DNA of 58,538 bases from the NCBI GenBank assembly GCA_030611815.1, contig JAUWPC010000001.1, positions 1-58,538 on the forward strand, read 5' to 3'. The notes under the pieces are model-generated. The model had not been told where the DNA came from. It searched no databases and saw only the letters and a program-made list of their open reading frames with translations. Of the stretch, positions 8,839 through 17,183 are shown piece by piece. The DNA is from Desulfobacteraceae bacterium (GTDB lineage Bacteria; Desulfobacterota; DSM-4660; Desulfatiglandales; Desulfatiglandaceae). The first letter of the stretch is position 1. Each line of letters opens with the position of its first letter. The position numbers and the translations under genes are program-made.

Positions 8839-9822
8839 TCACAGGTATTTCTTGATCTCTTCAGTTAAGGCAGGAACAACGTCAAAGAGGTCGGCCACCA
8901 CACCGTAATCGGCCTTTTGGAATATGGGGGCATCCTCATCCTTGTTGATTGCAACGATTACTTTTGACGTGCTCATGCCGGCTAAATGCTGAATTGCCCC
9001 TGATATGCCGCAGGCCACATAGAGGTTCGGTGAAACCACCTTTCCTGTCTGCCCTACCTGGTCTGAATGGGGTCTCCAGCCCGCGTCCACTGCCGCACGG
9101 GATGCTCCCACGCTGGCCCCTATCAGATCGGCCAACTCTTCTAAGATCTTGTAATTTTCCGGGTCTTTCATGCCGCGCCCGCCTGAAACAATTTTGTCCG
9201 CTTCAGTCAGATCAACCTTGCCACTCTCATCCTTGGCCACATCAACGACCTTTGTCTTGAGATCGCCATCGTCAAGAGTAAAAGAGGCATCAATAACCTC
9301 TGCTGATCTGGACACATCAGGTTCGTTAATGCTCATCACTTTCGGCCTGGCTGCGGCCATTTGTGGCAGGCTGTTTTCAAAGGTAACTTTTGCGTAGGCC
9401 TTGCCCGCATAAATAGGCCTGGTCGCCACAAGATTTCCGTCCTCTATGGCAAAGACAGTGCAATCTTGGGCCATTCCAACATCTAACCTGGCCGCTAATC
9501 TGGCAGCTAAGTCCTTCCCCTGAACAGACCCACCCAAGATCAATATTTGTGGGTCATTGGCCTTGACCAGTTCAGAAATCACAGACACATAAGCGTCTGT
9601 GGTATAGGGTTCCAGTCTGGAGTCGTCAGCAACCAAGACCTTGTCAGCGCCGTACTGGCCAAGTTCGGCGGCCTTCTCCTTGATATTGGAACCGAGCAAT
9701 ATCACAGTCACCTCCTGACCCAGGGCATCAGCCAGACGCCTCCCCTCACTGACAATTTCGTAAGTTATCTTCCGGATCTCCCCATCCCTTTGCTCAGCAA
9801 TTGTCCAAACTCCCTGTGCCAT
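8839..9822 (-). CDS. etfA: Electron transfer flavoprotein alpha subunit
   Basis: 327 aa with the C-terminal FAD-binding signature (VSGGRG...GASRAAVDAGW...QVGQTGK.V.P.LY.A.GISGAIQH). Confidence 0.92.
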   Translation of the reverse strand: MAQGVWTIAEQRDGEIRKITYEIVSEGRRLADALGQEVTVILLGSNIKEKAAELGQYGADKVLVADDSRLEPYTTDAYVSVISELVKANDPQILILGGSVQGKDLAARLAARLDVGMAQDCTVFAIEDGNLVATRPIYAGKAYAKVTFENSLPQMAAARPKVMSINEPDVSRSAEVIDASFTLDDGDLKTKVVDVAKDESGKVDLTEADKIVSGGRGMKDPENYKILEELADLIGASVGASRAAVDAGWRPHSDQVGQTGKVVSPNLYVACGISGAIQHLAGMSTSKVIVAINKDEDAPIFQKADYGVVADLFDVVPALTEEIKKYL

Positions 9823-9935
9823 TTTTTATCTCCTTAATTGTTATGAGTCATTTCAAATATATCTCAGGGATTGTTTAACTGTAAGACGTGATTATTATTT
9901 CTAATCCCGCAATTCCTCAATCCCTCATTTCATCA

Positions 9936-10730
9936 TTATAGAACTTTTGCCTCATCGTGGAGCAACTTAGCCAATTCAGCGGCCTTTTCCTGCGGTGTCT
10001 CTCCTTCAACAATCTTGCCTGCCGCTCTGTCAGGAGGCGACGTCAATTCCAATATTTTCAGCTTTCTTGCCCCTTCTCCAAATTCCGCACTATCCAAACC
10101 CAGATCAGCAAGGGTTTTTTCCTCAAGAGGCTTTTTCTTGGCCTTCATAATCCCTGGCAACGAGGCATATCGCGGTTCATTCAGACCTTTCTGCGCGGTA
10201 ATTAGGGCAGGGAGAGTCGATTCTATTATAAGAGTCTCTCCCTCAATAGGCCTGTCGACTTTGACGGATTTCCCATCCTCTGCCACTTCTACCTTATTAA
10301 TCAGTGAAAGCTGTGGAATACCCAACAGTTCCGCAATGGTAGCCCCAACCAGGCCGAGGTCATCATCCATGCCGCGCTGGCCGGTAAAGATCAGGTCATA
10401 ATCGAGGTCCTTAACAGCCTCAGCTATTGCCTTTGCATTGGCAAGAGAATCACTCCCATCCAAGGCCTCATCGCTGATCAGGATCCCCTTGTCCGCACCC
10501 ATGGCCAGGGCAGTACGTAATGATTCTGTCACCCTTTTTGGGCCAAGACCCACTACAGTAACCTCGCCCCCATGTTTTTCTTTAAGGCGCAAGGCCTCCT
10601 CAACGCCAAACTCATCATATGGATTCATGATCCATTTGATATCATCGGTCACAATTGATTTGCCATCCGAACCGATCTTAATCTGGCTTTCCGTGTCCGG
10701 CACCTGTTTCAGACAAACTATAATATTCAC
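9936..10730 (-). CDS. etfB: Electron transfer flavoprotein beta subunit
   Basis: (V)NIIVCLKQVPD... is a typical EtfB N-terminus. GTG 10730 follows GGAGAA. The track ORF begins 8 codons earlier. Confidence 0.92.
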   Translation of the reverse strand: MNIIVCLKQVPDTESQIKIGSDGKSIVTDDIKWIMNPYDEFGVEEALRLKEKHGGEVTVVGLGPKRVTESLRTALAMGADKGILISDEALDGSDSLANAKAIAEAVKDLDYDLIFTGQRGMDDDLGLVGATIAELLGIPQLSLINKVEVAEDGKSVKVDRPIEGETLIIESTLPALITAQKGLNEPRYASLPGIMKAKKKPLEEKTLADLGLDSAEFGEGARKLKILELTSPPDRAAGKIVEGETPQEKAAELAKLLHDEAKVL

Positions 10731-10789
10731 TTTATTCTCCTTCCCTACAACCAAGTTTGGGTTAACAAATTATGGTCGCCTTTATTCTT

Positions 10790-11380
10790 TTAGGCCCTAA
10801 TACCATTCAAAAAATATTCGCTGATTTGCTTTGCGACCGTTCTGATATCATATTGCCTTCGAGTTGACAATACCCAAAATCTGGACACCTCATCCAAGGC
10901 CCCAAAAAATGCCCTTTTGGCCACTTTGGGGATCACATCTTCCTTGAAAATACCCCTTTTTTGGCCCTCGCTTATGATATCCTCAATTATGTTCAAATAC
11001 TGAATGAATTTTTCATTCTTATATTCCTTCATAAACTTGTTACTCTGCCGCAGCTCCACCTGAATAATCTCTGCCATGTCTTGGTTCTTTTCAATAAGCC
11101 CAAGATGGGTTGATGCAAATCGCTCAAGCTTTTTTGCAGGATCATCTATTCCAGAGATCTGGACTTCCATATTATCAATTACGGCCTTCATCTGTTCCTC
11201 AAAAAGAGAGATCAGGATATCATCTTTATTTTCAAAATAGATATAAATGGTACCATCCGCAACCTTAGCCTCTTTGGCAATTTCCGATATCTTGGATTGG
11301 TAGAAGCCGTTTTTTGCAAAAACCTTGGTAGCCGCCTCTATAATTCGATAATATTTTTCGTTATTTTTTCTTTTGCTCAT
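10790..11380 (-). CDS. TetR/AcrR-family regulator (FadR/YsiA-like)
   Basis: N-terminal HTH (RIIEAATKVFAKNGFYQSKISEIAKEAKVADGTIYIYFENKDD), directly upstream of etfB-etfA. Confidence 0.85.
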   Translation of the reverse strand: MSKRKNNEKYYRIIEAATKVFAKNGFYQSKISEIAKEAKVADGTIYIYFENKDDILISLFEEQMKAVIDNMEVQISGIDDPAKKLERFASTHLGLIEKNQDMAEIIQVELRQSNKFMKEYKNEKFIQYLNIIEDIISEGQKRGIFKEDVIPKVAKRAFFGALDEVSRFWVLSTRRQYDIRTVAKQISEYFLNGIRA

Positions 11381-11397
11381 AGTTTATCAACCGCCAG

Positions 11398-11415
11398 TGA
11401 ATGATTATTCATTCA
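11398..11415. promoter_or_regulatory. Candidate TetR/FadR operator, perfect inverted repeat TGAATGA-N4-TCATTCA
   Basis: TGAATGATTATTCATTCA lies 18 nt upstream of the TetR start codon and just downstream of the putative -10. Confidence 0.5.
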
Positions 11416-11420
11416 TAAAG

Positions 11421-11449
11421 CGAATACCATTGCCTGCAAACAGTGTCAA
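11421..11449 (-). promoter_or_regulatory. Putative sigma70-type promoter of the tetR-etfBA operon
   Basis: On the minus strand: TTGACA (11449-11444), a 17-nt spacer, then TATTCG (11426-11421). Confidence 0.35.
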
Positions 11450-11541
11450 GACTTTTTCTATGCTTTTTTCGCAATTCGCTATCCCTGAACCGATGTAAGA
11501 GGGTTTTTTAGATCGGCATGAAATTTATTTGGAATAACTTC

Positions 11542-11571
11542 TTGACAAGAAATTAGTGGCTGAACTAAATT
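11542..11571 (+). promoter_or_regulatory. Putative sigma70-type promoter of the plus-strand ABC/CoA-ligase operon
   Basis: TTGACA at 11542-11547 and TAAATT at 11566-11571, with an 18-nt spacer. Confidence 0.35.
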
Positions 11572-11585
11572 TTGCAAACTATTCG

Positions 11586-11820
11586 GTAACCGTTCATAGG
11601 TTCAAAGGTTCAGGGGTTCAAGGTTCCATTCTCGCCCCCGGACTTCACTTGGGATACGTATTTACGAGAAAAGTGTCAGCTTCGTCAGGCCTAATCCAAA
11701 CTTTGGAGCTAAATTGGCAATTACTTGGGAAAATGAGCATTTTAAACGAGGACTTCGGGTTTTTAATGCCTTCTTTGTCCTTAACCCTGAACGTTGAACC
11801 CTGAACCTGTGAACGGTTAC
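11586..11820. repeat. 235-bp element bounded by ~38-bp imperfect inverted repeats (family B, GTAACCGTTCA.AGGTTCA... arms)
   Basis: The left arm is gtaaccgttcataggttcaaaggttcaggggttcaaggtt. The reverse complement of the right arm (11783-11820) is gtaaccgttcacaggttcagggttcaacgttcagggtt. Solo arm copies lie at 28775-28800 and 55076-55099. Confidence 0.75.
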
Positions 11821-11823
11821 AAG

Positions 11824-12663
11824 ATGGCTAACGATCATAAAATGAAAGCCTTTCGCGGGGAGCCGAGCATCTTCACCTCCACCCGATCAGAAGAAAGCCA
11901 GGCCGAGCTGAAGGTGAAGGACCTCACCCTGAAGTTTGGTGGCATTACTGCGCTGAACAAAATCGACCTCTCTGTCCATGACGGAGAGTTGATTTCCATA
12001 ATCGGTCCAAATGGCGCAGGGAAGACAAGCCTGTTGAACTGTATTAGCGGCTATTATAAAGCACAAGAGGGCCGGATTTCTTTCAACGGAAAAGATATAA
12101 CTCACCTCTCAACCAATCATCTTGCTAAAATCGGAATCGGCCGAACCTATCAGAATATCGAGCTTTTCCCAGGCATGACGGTGCTGTCAAATATGATGTT
12201 AGCCCGACATGTTCACTATAAATATAATGTTGGACAAGCCTCTCTTTTCTTAAAGAACGTACGAAACGAAGAGGTTCGCCACCGAGAGGTTTTGGAGGAA
12301 TTAATCGACTTCTTAGAGATGCAATCAATCCGGAAACAGCTCGTGGGCGGCCTGCCTTACGGGACGAGAAAGCGTGTGGAACTCGGCTGTGCGTTGGCAT
12401 TGCAACCGAAACTTCTCATGCTCGACGAGCCGTTTGCGGGGATAACATTAGAGGAAAAGGAGGACATGGTACGGTTTTTGGTTGAATTAAATGAGGCCTG
12501 GAACCAGACCATAATATTAGTTGAACATAACTTGTCCATCGTTATGAGCATCTCAGATAGAGTAGCGGTGTTTGATTTCGGAGTCAAAATTGCGGAAGGA
12601 TCTCCAGATTTCGTTCAAAACCATCCTCAAGTCATTAAGGCATACCTCGGGGACACCTCCTAA
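11824..12663 (+). CDS. ABC transporter ATP-binding protein (LivG-like)
   Basis: Walker A GPNGAGKTS, signature and Walker B LLMLDEP, and a C-terminal LivG-type tail. The track start (TTG 11794) lies inside the repeat arm, so ATG 11824 is preferred. Confidence 0.85.
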   Translation: MANDHKMKAFRGEPSIFTSTRSEESQAELKVKDLTLKFGGITALNKIDLSVHDGELISIIGPNGAGKTSLLNCISGYYKAQEGRISFNGKDITHLSTNHLAKIGIGRTYQNIELFPGMTVLSNMMLARHVHYKYNVGQASLFLKNVRNEEVRHREVLEELIDFLEMQSIRKQLVGGLPYGTRKRVELGCALALQPKLLMLDEPFAGITLEEKEDMVRFLVELNEAWNQTIILVEHNLSIVMSISDRVAVFDFGVKIAEGSPDFVQNHPQVIKAYLGDTS

Positions 12664-12692
12664 GTCAAATAGAGGGCGTTGGTTTTAACATC

Positions 12693-12798
12693 GGCCATTA
12701 GATTATTTTCTTACTCATAATCTTAATCGTAATCATAATCGAACATCCCTAAAATAGACTGTAAAAGAGTATGATTACGATTAAGATTATGAACTTTC
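12693..12798. repeat. Family A hexamer-hairpin element, copy 1
   Basis: A 22-bp perfect stem forms between CATAATCTTAATCGTAATCATA (12716-12737) and TATGATTACGATTAAGATTATG (12770-12791). The flanks are shared with copy 2 (ggccatt.agatt...cttactcataatc / gagtatgatta...gattatgaacttt). Confidence 0.8.
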
Positions 12799-12805
12799 AA
12801 ACGTA

Positions 12806-14788
12806 GTGTCGAATAATTGGATCAAGTGGGCGACAAAATTGAATGCCATCAATAACAAAATTGAACAGATTGACGAGGAATCTTTATCGTCCTTAGGGCA
12901 GTTTACCTTGCCCCAGATCTTGCTGAGACAGGCGGAGAAGCTGGGGTCTGACAGGATCGCCCTCAGGGAAAAAGCATATGGGATATGGCAGACTTATAAC
13001 TGGAGAGATTATTTTCGCTACGCGAAACTTGTTGGGATGGGTTTATTTGCTCTCGGTCTCAAAAGAGGAGAAAATATAGGGCTAATCCTCGAAAATCACC
13101 CGGAATGGCTTTTTGCAGAGTTGGGGGCCCAATCTGTGGGAGGAGTTGTACTCCCCCTCTTTACCTCATCCGCAGCCAAGGAACTGGTTAAAGTGCTCAA
13201 CAGCGTTGAAGCAGCATACATCTTTGCCCAGGACCAGAAGCAGGTAGACAAGCTTCTTGCATACAGGGAAGACCTTCCACATACAAAGTGCGTCATTTAC
13301 ACCGATCCGACCGGAATGAGGACCTATCGGGATAATCCCTGGCTGATCAGTTTCAGTCAGCTCCTTGACCTGGGGGAGGAATTGGATAACGAACAACTTG
13401 AACTTTTTAATAAGGAATTGTGGGAAGGAGATCCAGATGATATTGCGCTGATGCTGATGACATCAGGCACGACCGGAGAGCCCAAATTGGCGATGTTGAG
13501 TCACAGCAATTTTACCGATATCGCCTCCAGATGGATCAAAACCGCCCCCATAGGCATAGGAGACAACTGGATTTCCATGACGCCTACGGCCTGGATCATA
13601 GACCAGATGTGGGGCGTAGGGATCACTCTCTGCGGCGGTTTGATCATTAATTTCCCCGAGACCTTTGAAACCGCAGTAGAGGACTTCAGAGAGATCGGGC
13701 CTACCGTTATCATCACATCTTCCAGGTTCTGGGAGGATCTCGCATCAATAATCAGGATCAAGATAAATAATTCAGGTTTTATCAAACGTCGTCTTTATAA
13801 TCTGTCCCAAGATATAGGAAGAGAGATTGTTGATCTGGAATCAGAGAAAAAAAGGATCTCTGCGCGTCTGAAAGCCCTGAGGTGGCTAAGTACCCTGATC
13901 GTGTCGCGGCCTCTCTTGGATCGTATCGGCTGCCTCAACTTCCGTGTGGCCTACACAGGAGGACATCCGATCAGCCCCGATGTAATGCGATTTTTCAGGG
14001 CCAACGGACTGAATCTTAAACAGTGCTACGGGATGACAGAAACCTGTGGAATGTTTCAGGTTCAGCCTGATGAAGAGGTTAATCCGGAAACAGTGGGAAA
14101 GCCGCTTCCAGGGACTGAAATCAAAATCACCGAAGACCAGGAAGTCTTGGTCCGGAGTAAATCGAATTTTGTAGGATACTATCAAGACCCTGATGCTACG
14201 GCCGGAGCATTGAAAGATGGCTGGTTCTACACTGGGGATACGGCCTATCTTGATGATGATGGGCGCCTCTATATCACCGGTCGAAAACAAGATATTATGC
14301 AGACCCGCGAGGGTGATGCCTTTTCGCCTGATTTTATTGAAACAAGGCTGAAATTCAGCCCGTATATTAAAGAGGCTGTTATCTGGGGAGAAGGGAAAAA
14401 TTATCTCACGGCCTTCGTCAATATCGATTTCGGCAACGTTGGAAACTGGGCAAAAAACAGAAAAATCCCCTACACTAACTACACAGATCTGTCCCAGCAG
14501 CAGGCCGTCGAGGGTTTGATCCGGGGAGAAGTGGCCGAAGTAAATAATCAGTTGCCCAATCCGATGAAATTAGTAAAAATCATTCTACTCTATAAACTCT
14601 TAGATGCAGATGACGGAGAATTGACGAGAACGGGCAAGGTGAGAAGGAAATTTGTGTTTGGCCAGTACAAAGATCTCATTGATGCCATGTATTCCGAAAA
14701 GACTGAATTGTCCATTAAGTGTGAAATGCCGCACAGAGACGGGACTGTAAGGGCCATAGAAACAACGGTGAGGATATTGACAGTGTAA
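12806..14788 (+). CDS. AMP-dependent acyl-CoA synthetase (long-chain fatty acid-CoA ligase-like)
   Basis: AMP-binding motifs (LMTSGTTGEPK, YGMTE, GWFYTGD) in a 660-aa ORF embedded in the ABC operon. Confidence 0.85.
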   Translation: MSNNWIKWATKLNAINNKIEQIDEESLSSLGQFTLPQILLRQAEKLGSDRIALREKAYGIWQTYNWRDYFRYAKLVGMGLFALGLKRGENIGLILENHPEWLFAELGAQSVGGVVLPLFTSSAAKELVKVLNSVEAAYIFAQDQKQVDKLLAYREDLPHTKCVIYTDPTGMRTYRDNPWLISFSQLLDLGEELDNEQLELFNKELWEGDPDDIALMLMTSGTTGEPKLAMLSHSNFTDIASRWIKTAPIGIGDNWISMTPTAWIIDQMWGVGITLCGGLIINFPETFETAVEDFREIGPTVIITSSRFWEDLASIIRIKINNSGFIKRRLYNLSQDIGREIVDLESEKKRISARLKALRWLSTLIVSRPLLDRIGCLNFRVAYTGGHPISPDVMRFFRANGLNLKQCYGMTETCGMFQVQPDEEVNPETVGKPLPGTEIKITEDQEVLVRSKSNFVGYYQDPDATAGALKDGWFYTGDTAYLDDDGRLYITGRKQDIMQTREGDAFSPDFIETRLKFSPYIKEAVIWGEGKNYLTAFVNIDFGNVGNWAKNRKIPYTNYTDLSQQQAVEGLIRGEVAEVNNQLPNPMKLVKIILLYKLLDADDGELTRTGKVRRKFVFGQYKDLIDAMYSEKTELSIKCEMPHRDGTVRAIETTVRILTV

Positions 14789-14804
14789 AGGGGTATTTCC
14801 TGAT

Positions 14805-15683
14805 ATGGAGTTTTTTCTTCAGATTTTGGCAAATGGGATTTCTTTGGGTTTTCTTTACGCCCTTTCAGCGCTTGGATTTGCCATGATTTTCAAGTCGAGC
14901 AATGTTCTAAACTTTGCCCATGGGGGACTTATGGCAATGGGGGCCTTTATCTTTCTCGCCCTCTCTGTCTGGGCCGGTCTGCCCATTATTTTGGCATTTG
15001 CATTGACGTTAGCCGGAAGCTTCACACTCGGTTTTTTACTCGAGAAATTTTTCCTCCGCCCTTTGATCAAAAAAACCCTTATCTATGCAATCATGTTGAC
15101 CTTGGGGTTAGCACTCATGTTTCGGGGGTTGTTGACCTTCATTTTCGGAGGAGATATCTACAGTTACCCTAAGTTTTTGCCCGAAACTCTTTCTTTGAAG
15201 TGGGGGGGCATTCAGATTTCAGCCGTTTACGTCGCTGCATTCATAATCGGAGCTGTGTCCCTTATCCTGTTTGGGCTCTTCTATAAATATTCTTCACAAG
15301 GGATTTATATGAGATCCGTGGCTGACAACAAACCCGCAGCCCTCTCTCTCGGAGTTCATGTAAAAAGGAGTTTTGCCCTTTCATGGGCCATTGCTGCGCT
15401 GGTTTGCGCCATAAGTGGCGTCCTCTTTGGCATTATCAACGGGGTCAGTGTTCACACACTGAACTCGATAGGTCTAAAGATGCTCCCCGTTGTGATCTTA
15501 GGCGGTCTGGGGAGTATCCGAGGAGCCATTTTAGGCGGTATTACTATAGGCCTGTTAGAGACCTTTACCGGTGGGTACATCTCCTCCTCTTTACAGGAAA
15601 TCATGCCCTATATTGTACTTGTCTTCATCCTTATGGTAAAACCGTACGGTCTTTTTGGTCTGGTGGAAACAAAAAGGGCATAA
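14805..15683 (+). CDS. Branched-chain amino acid-type ABC permease (LivH-like)
   Basis: 292-aa polytopic membrane protein with a typical LivH N-terminus (QILANGISLGFLYALSALGFAMIF). Confidence 0.88.
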   Translation: MEFFLQILANGISLGFLYALSALGFAMIFKSSNVLNFAHGGLMAMGAFIFLALSVWAGLPIILAFALTLAGSFTLGFLLEKFFLRPLIKKTLIYAIMLTLGLALMFRGLLTFIFGGDIYSYPKFLPETLSLKWGGIQISAVYVAAFIIGAVSLILFGLFYKYSSQGIYMRSVADNKPAALSLGVHVKRSFALSWAIAALVCAISGVLFGIINGVSVHTLNSIGLKMLPVVILGGLGSIRGAILGGITIGLLETFTGGYISSSLQEIMPYIVLVFILMVKPYGLFGLVETKRA

Positions 15684-15744
15684 TTTGGGTTTCGGGTTAC
15701 GGGTTGCAGGTTTTTCGATCAACAATCATCAATTCTGAAGAGAC

Positions 15745-16821
15745 ATGAAAATGCATAAATTCCAGTTTCGTCCCTGCGGCAATTTCAGAACAAGCTACCA
15801 GGATGAATTGGCGATCTTTAATACAGACTTTGGCAGGCTCTGGATCAGCATAGGCATTTTGCTCCTTTTCGGCGTTGTGCCATTTATCAGCAGCGCCTAC
15901 ATCCTTCATATCCTCAACTCCATCGGGATTTATGCCATTGCGGCTGCGGGGCTCAATCTTCTCATAGGCTATACCGGCCAGATTTCACTATGTCACGGGG
16001 CCTTTTTCGGCGTTGGAGCCTATACTGCAGCCATCTTGCTGGTAAAGGGAGGGCTTCCTTTCTTCCTCACAGTGCCAATTGCGGGGGTCGTATCTGCAGC
16101 GGTAGGAATGGTCTTTGCCCTCCCTTCAGCCCGTCTTAAACACCTATACCTCTGTATCGCCACATTGGCAGGGCAGCTAATCATTGAATATGTCTTAGTA
16201 CATTGGGAGAGCCTTACAGGGGGCGCAGAAGGAATTGTGATTCCAAACACCAGTCGGTTTGGGCTGGATCTCGGGAGTGACCGCGCTTTTTTTTATGTGA
16301 TATTTATATGTTTTATTTTGATGACATGGATAGCCGTTAACCTGACTCGCACGAAGATAGGTCGAGCTTTTGTTGCCATCCGAGATAATGACCGGGCCGC
16401 TGAGGGGATGGGAATTCCGATTTATCCATACAAACTGCTTTCCTTTGCCATTAGTTCTTTTTACGCTGGTCTTGCAGGCGCTCTTTATGCCTGCCACATG
16501 ACAAGCATTACTCCAGAACACTTTAATTTATGGTTGTCCATCGAATACATTGCGATGATCATAATTGGGGGCCTTGGAAGCATCCCCGGCTCTGCCTTCG
16601 GCGCGGTGTTTATTGTTACGCTGAATGAAGTATTGAACCATATTCCGGAATACCTGATGAACATTGGCATATCGACCGGAGCAGAGCTAAATATTGCCCC
16701 TTTACAGGATTTCTTCTATGGCCTGGCCATAGTCCTGTTTATCATTTTTCAACCAAAGGGCCTTGCGGAGGTATGGCGCATTATAAGGTCAAGTTTCAGA
16801 CTGTGGCCGTTTTCTTACTAA
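15745..16821 (+). CDS. Branched-chain amino acid-type ABC permease (LivM-like)
   Basis: 358-aa polytopic protein with GYTGQISLCHGAFFGVGAY, typical of LivM. Confidence 0.88.
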   Translation: MKMHKFQFRPCGNFRTSYQDELAIFNTDFGRLWISIGILLLFGVVPFISSAYILHILNSIGIYAIAAAGLNLLIGYTGQISLCHGAFFGVGAYTAAILLVKGGLPFFLTVPIAGVVSAAVGMVFALPSARLKHLYLCIATLAGQLIIEYVLVHWESLTGGAEGIVIPNTSRFGLDLGSDRAFFYVIFICFILMTWIAVNLTRTKIGRAFVAIRDNDRAAEGMGIPIYPYKLLSFAISSFYAGLAGALYACHMTSITPEHFNLWLSIEYIAMIIIGGLGSIPGSAFGAVFIVTLNEVLNHIPEYLMNIGISTGAELNIAPLQDFFYGLAIVLFIIFQPKGLAEVWRIIRSSFRLWPFSY

Positions 16822-16952
16822 TCCGGACAAGCCGGTCAAAGTGCAACGGAGATCCCGTCTTCAGTGAAACAGATGCGGGGAACCAAACAGAGATTTTACC
16901 AGGAAGCATACGAAGAGCATGAAAAAGGGTTCTATGAATTGGCTTTAGCGTT

Positions 16953-17095
16953 GGCCATTCAGATTTTTTTCTTACTCATAATCATAATCTTACTCATAAT
17001 CAAACATCCCCGCCTGCCTCGCGTTGCGAAGCATTGCGGGCAGGTCTCAAGCTGACTGCAAAAGAGTATGATTAAGATTATGATTATGAACTTTG
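16953..17095. repeat. Family A hexamer-hairpin element, copy 2, with a nested GC-rich hairpin insert
   Basis: Same flanks as copy 1. The loop is replaced by ccgcctgcctcgcgttgcgaagcattgcgggcaggtctc (CCTGCC/GGCAGG stem). Confidence 0.8.
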
Positions 17096-17183
17096 CACTG
17101 GATAGGCTATTAGCGTCTTGTATTAAAAACGACCAGCACAAGGTCCCTGCATCAATCTATCTACCATTGGAGGACTAAGCTTC

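Noticed and set aside
11556-11804. 82-aa ORF, and the TTG 11794 start of the ABC ATPase gene
   Set aside because: Both lie inside the family B inverted-repeat element. The translation is repeat-derived (FKGSGVQGS...) with no SD.
12708-12794. Hexamer arrays (here and at 40713-40786) as a CRISPR array or Fur-box cluster
   Set aside because: They have no repeat-spacer periodicity and the units are only 6 bp, so they are not CRISPR. Every second hexamer (CATAAT) fits the Fur NATWAT hexamer, but the elements sit at gene 3' ends rather than promoters and form self-complementary hairpins.
16864-17141. ORFs 16864-17055 (+) and 16959-17141 (-)
   Set aside because: They are read through the AT-rich hexamer hairpin element, giving IIIILLII-type translations, so they are repeat artefacts.
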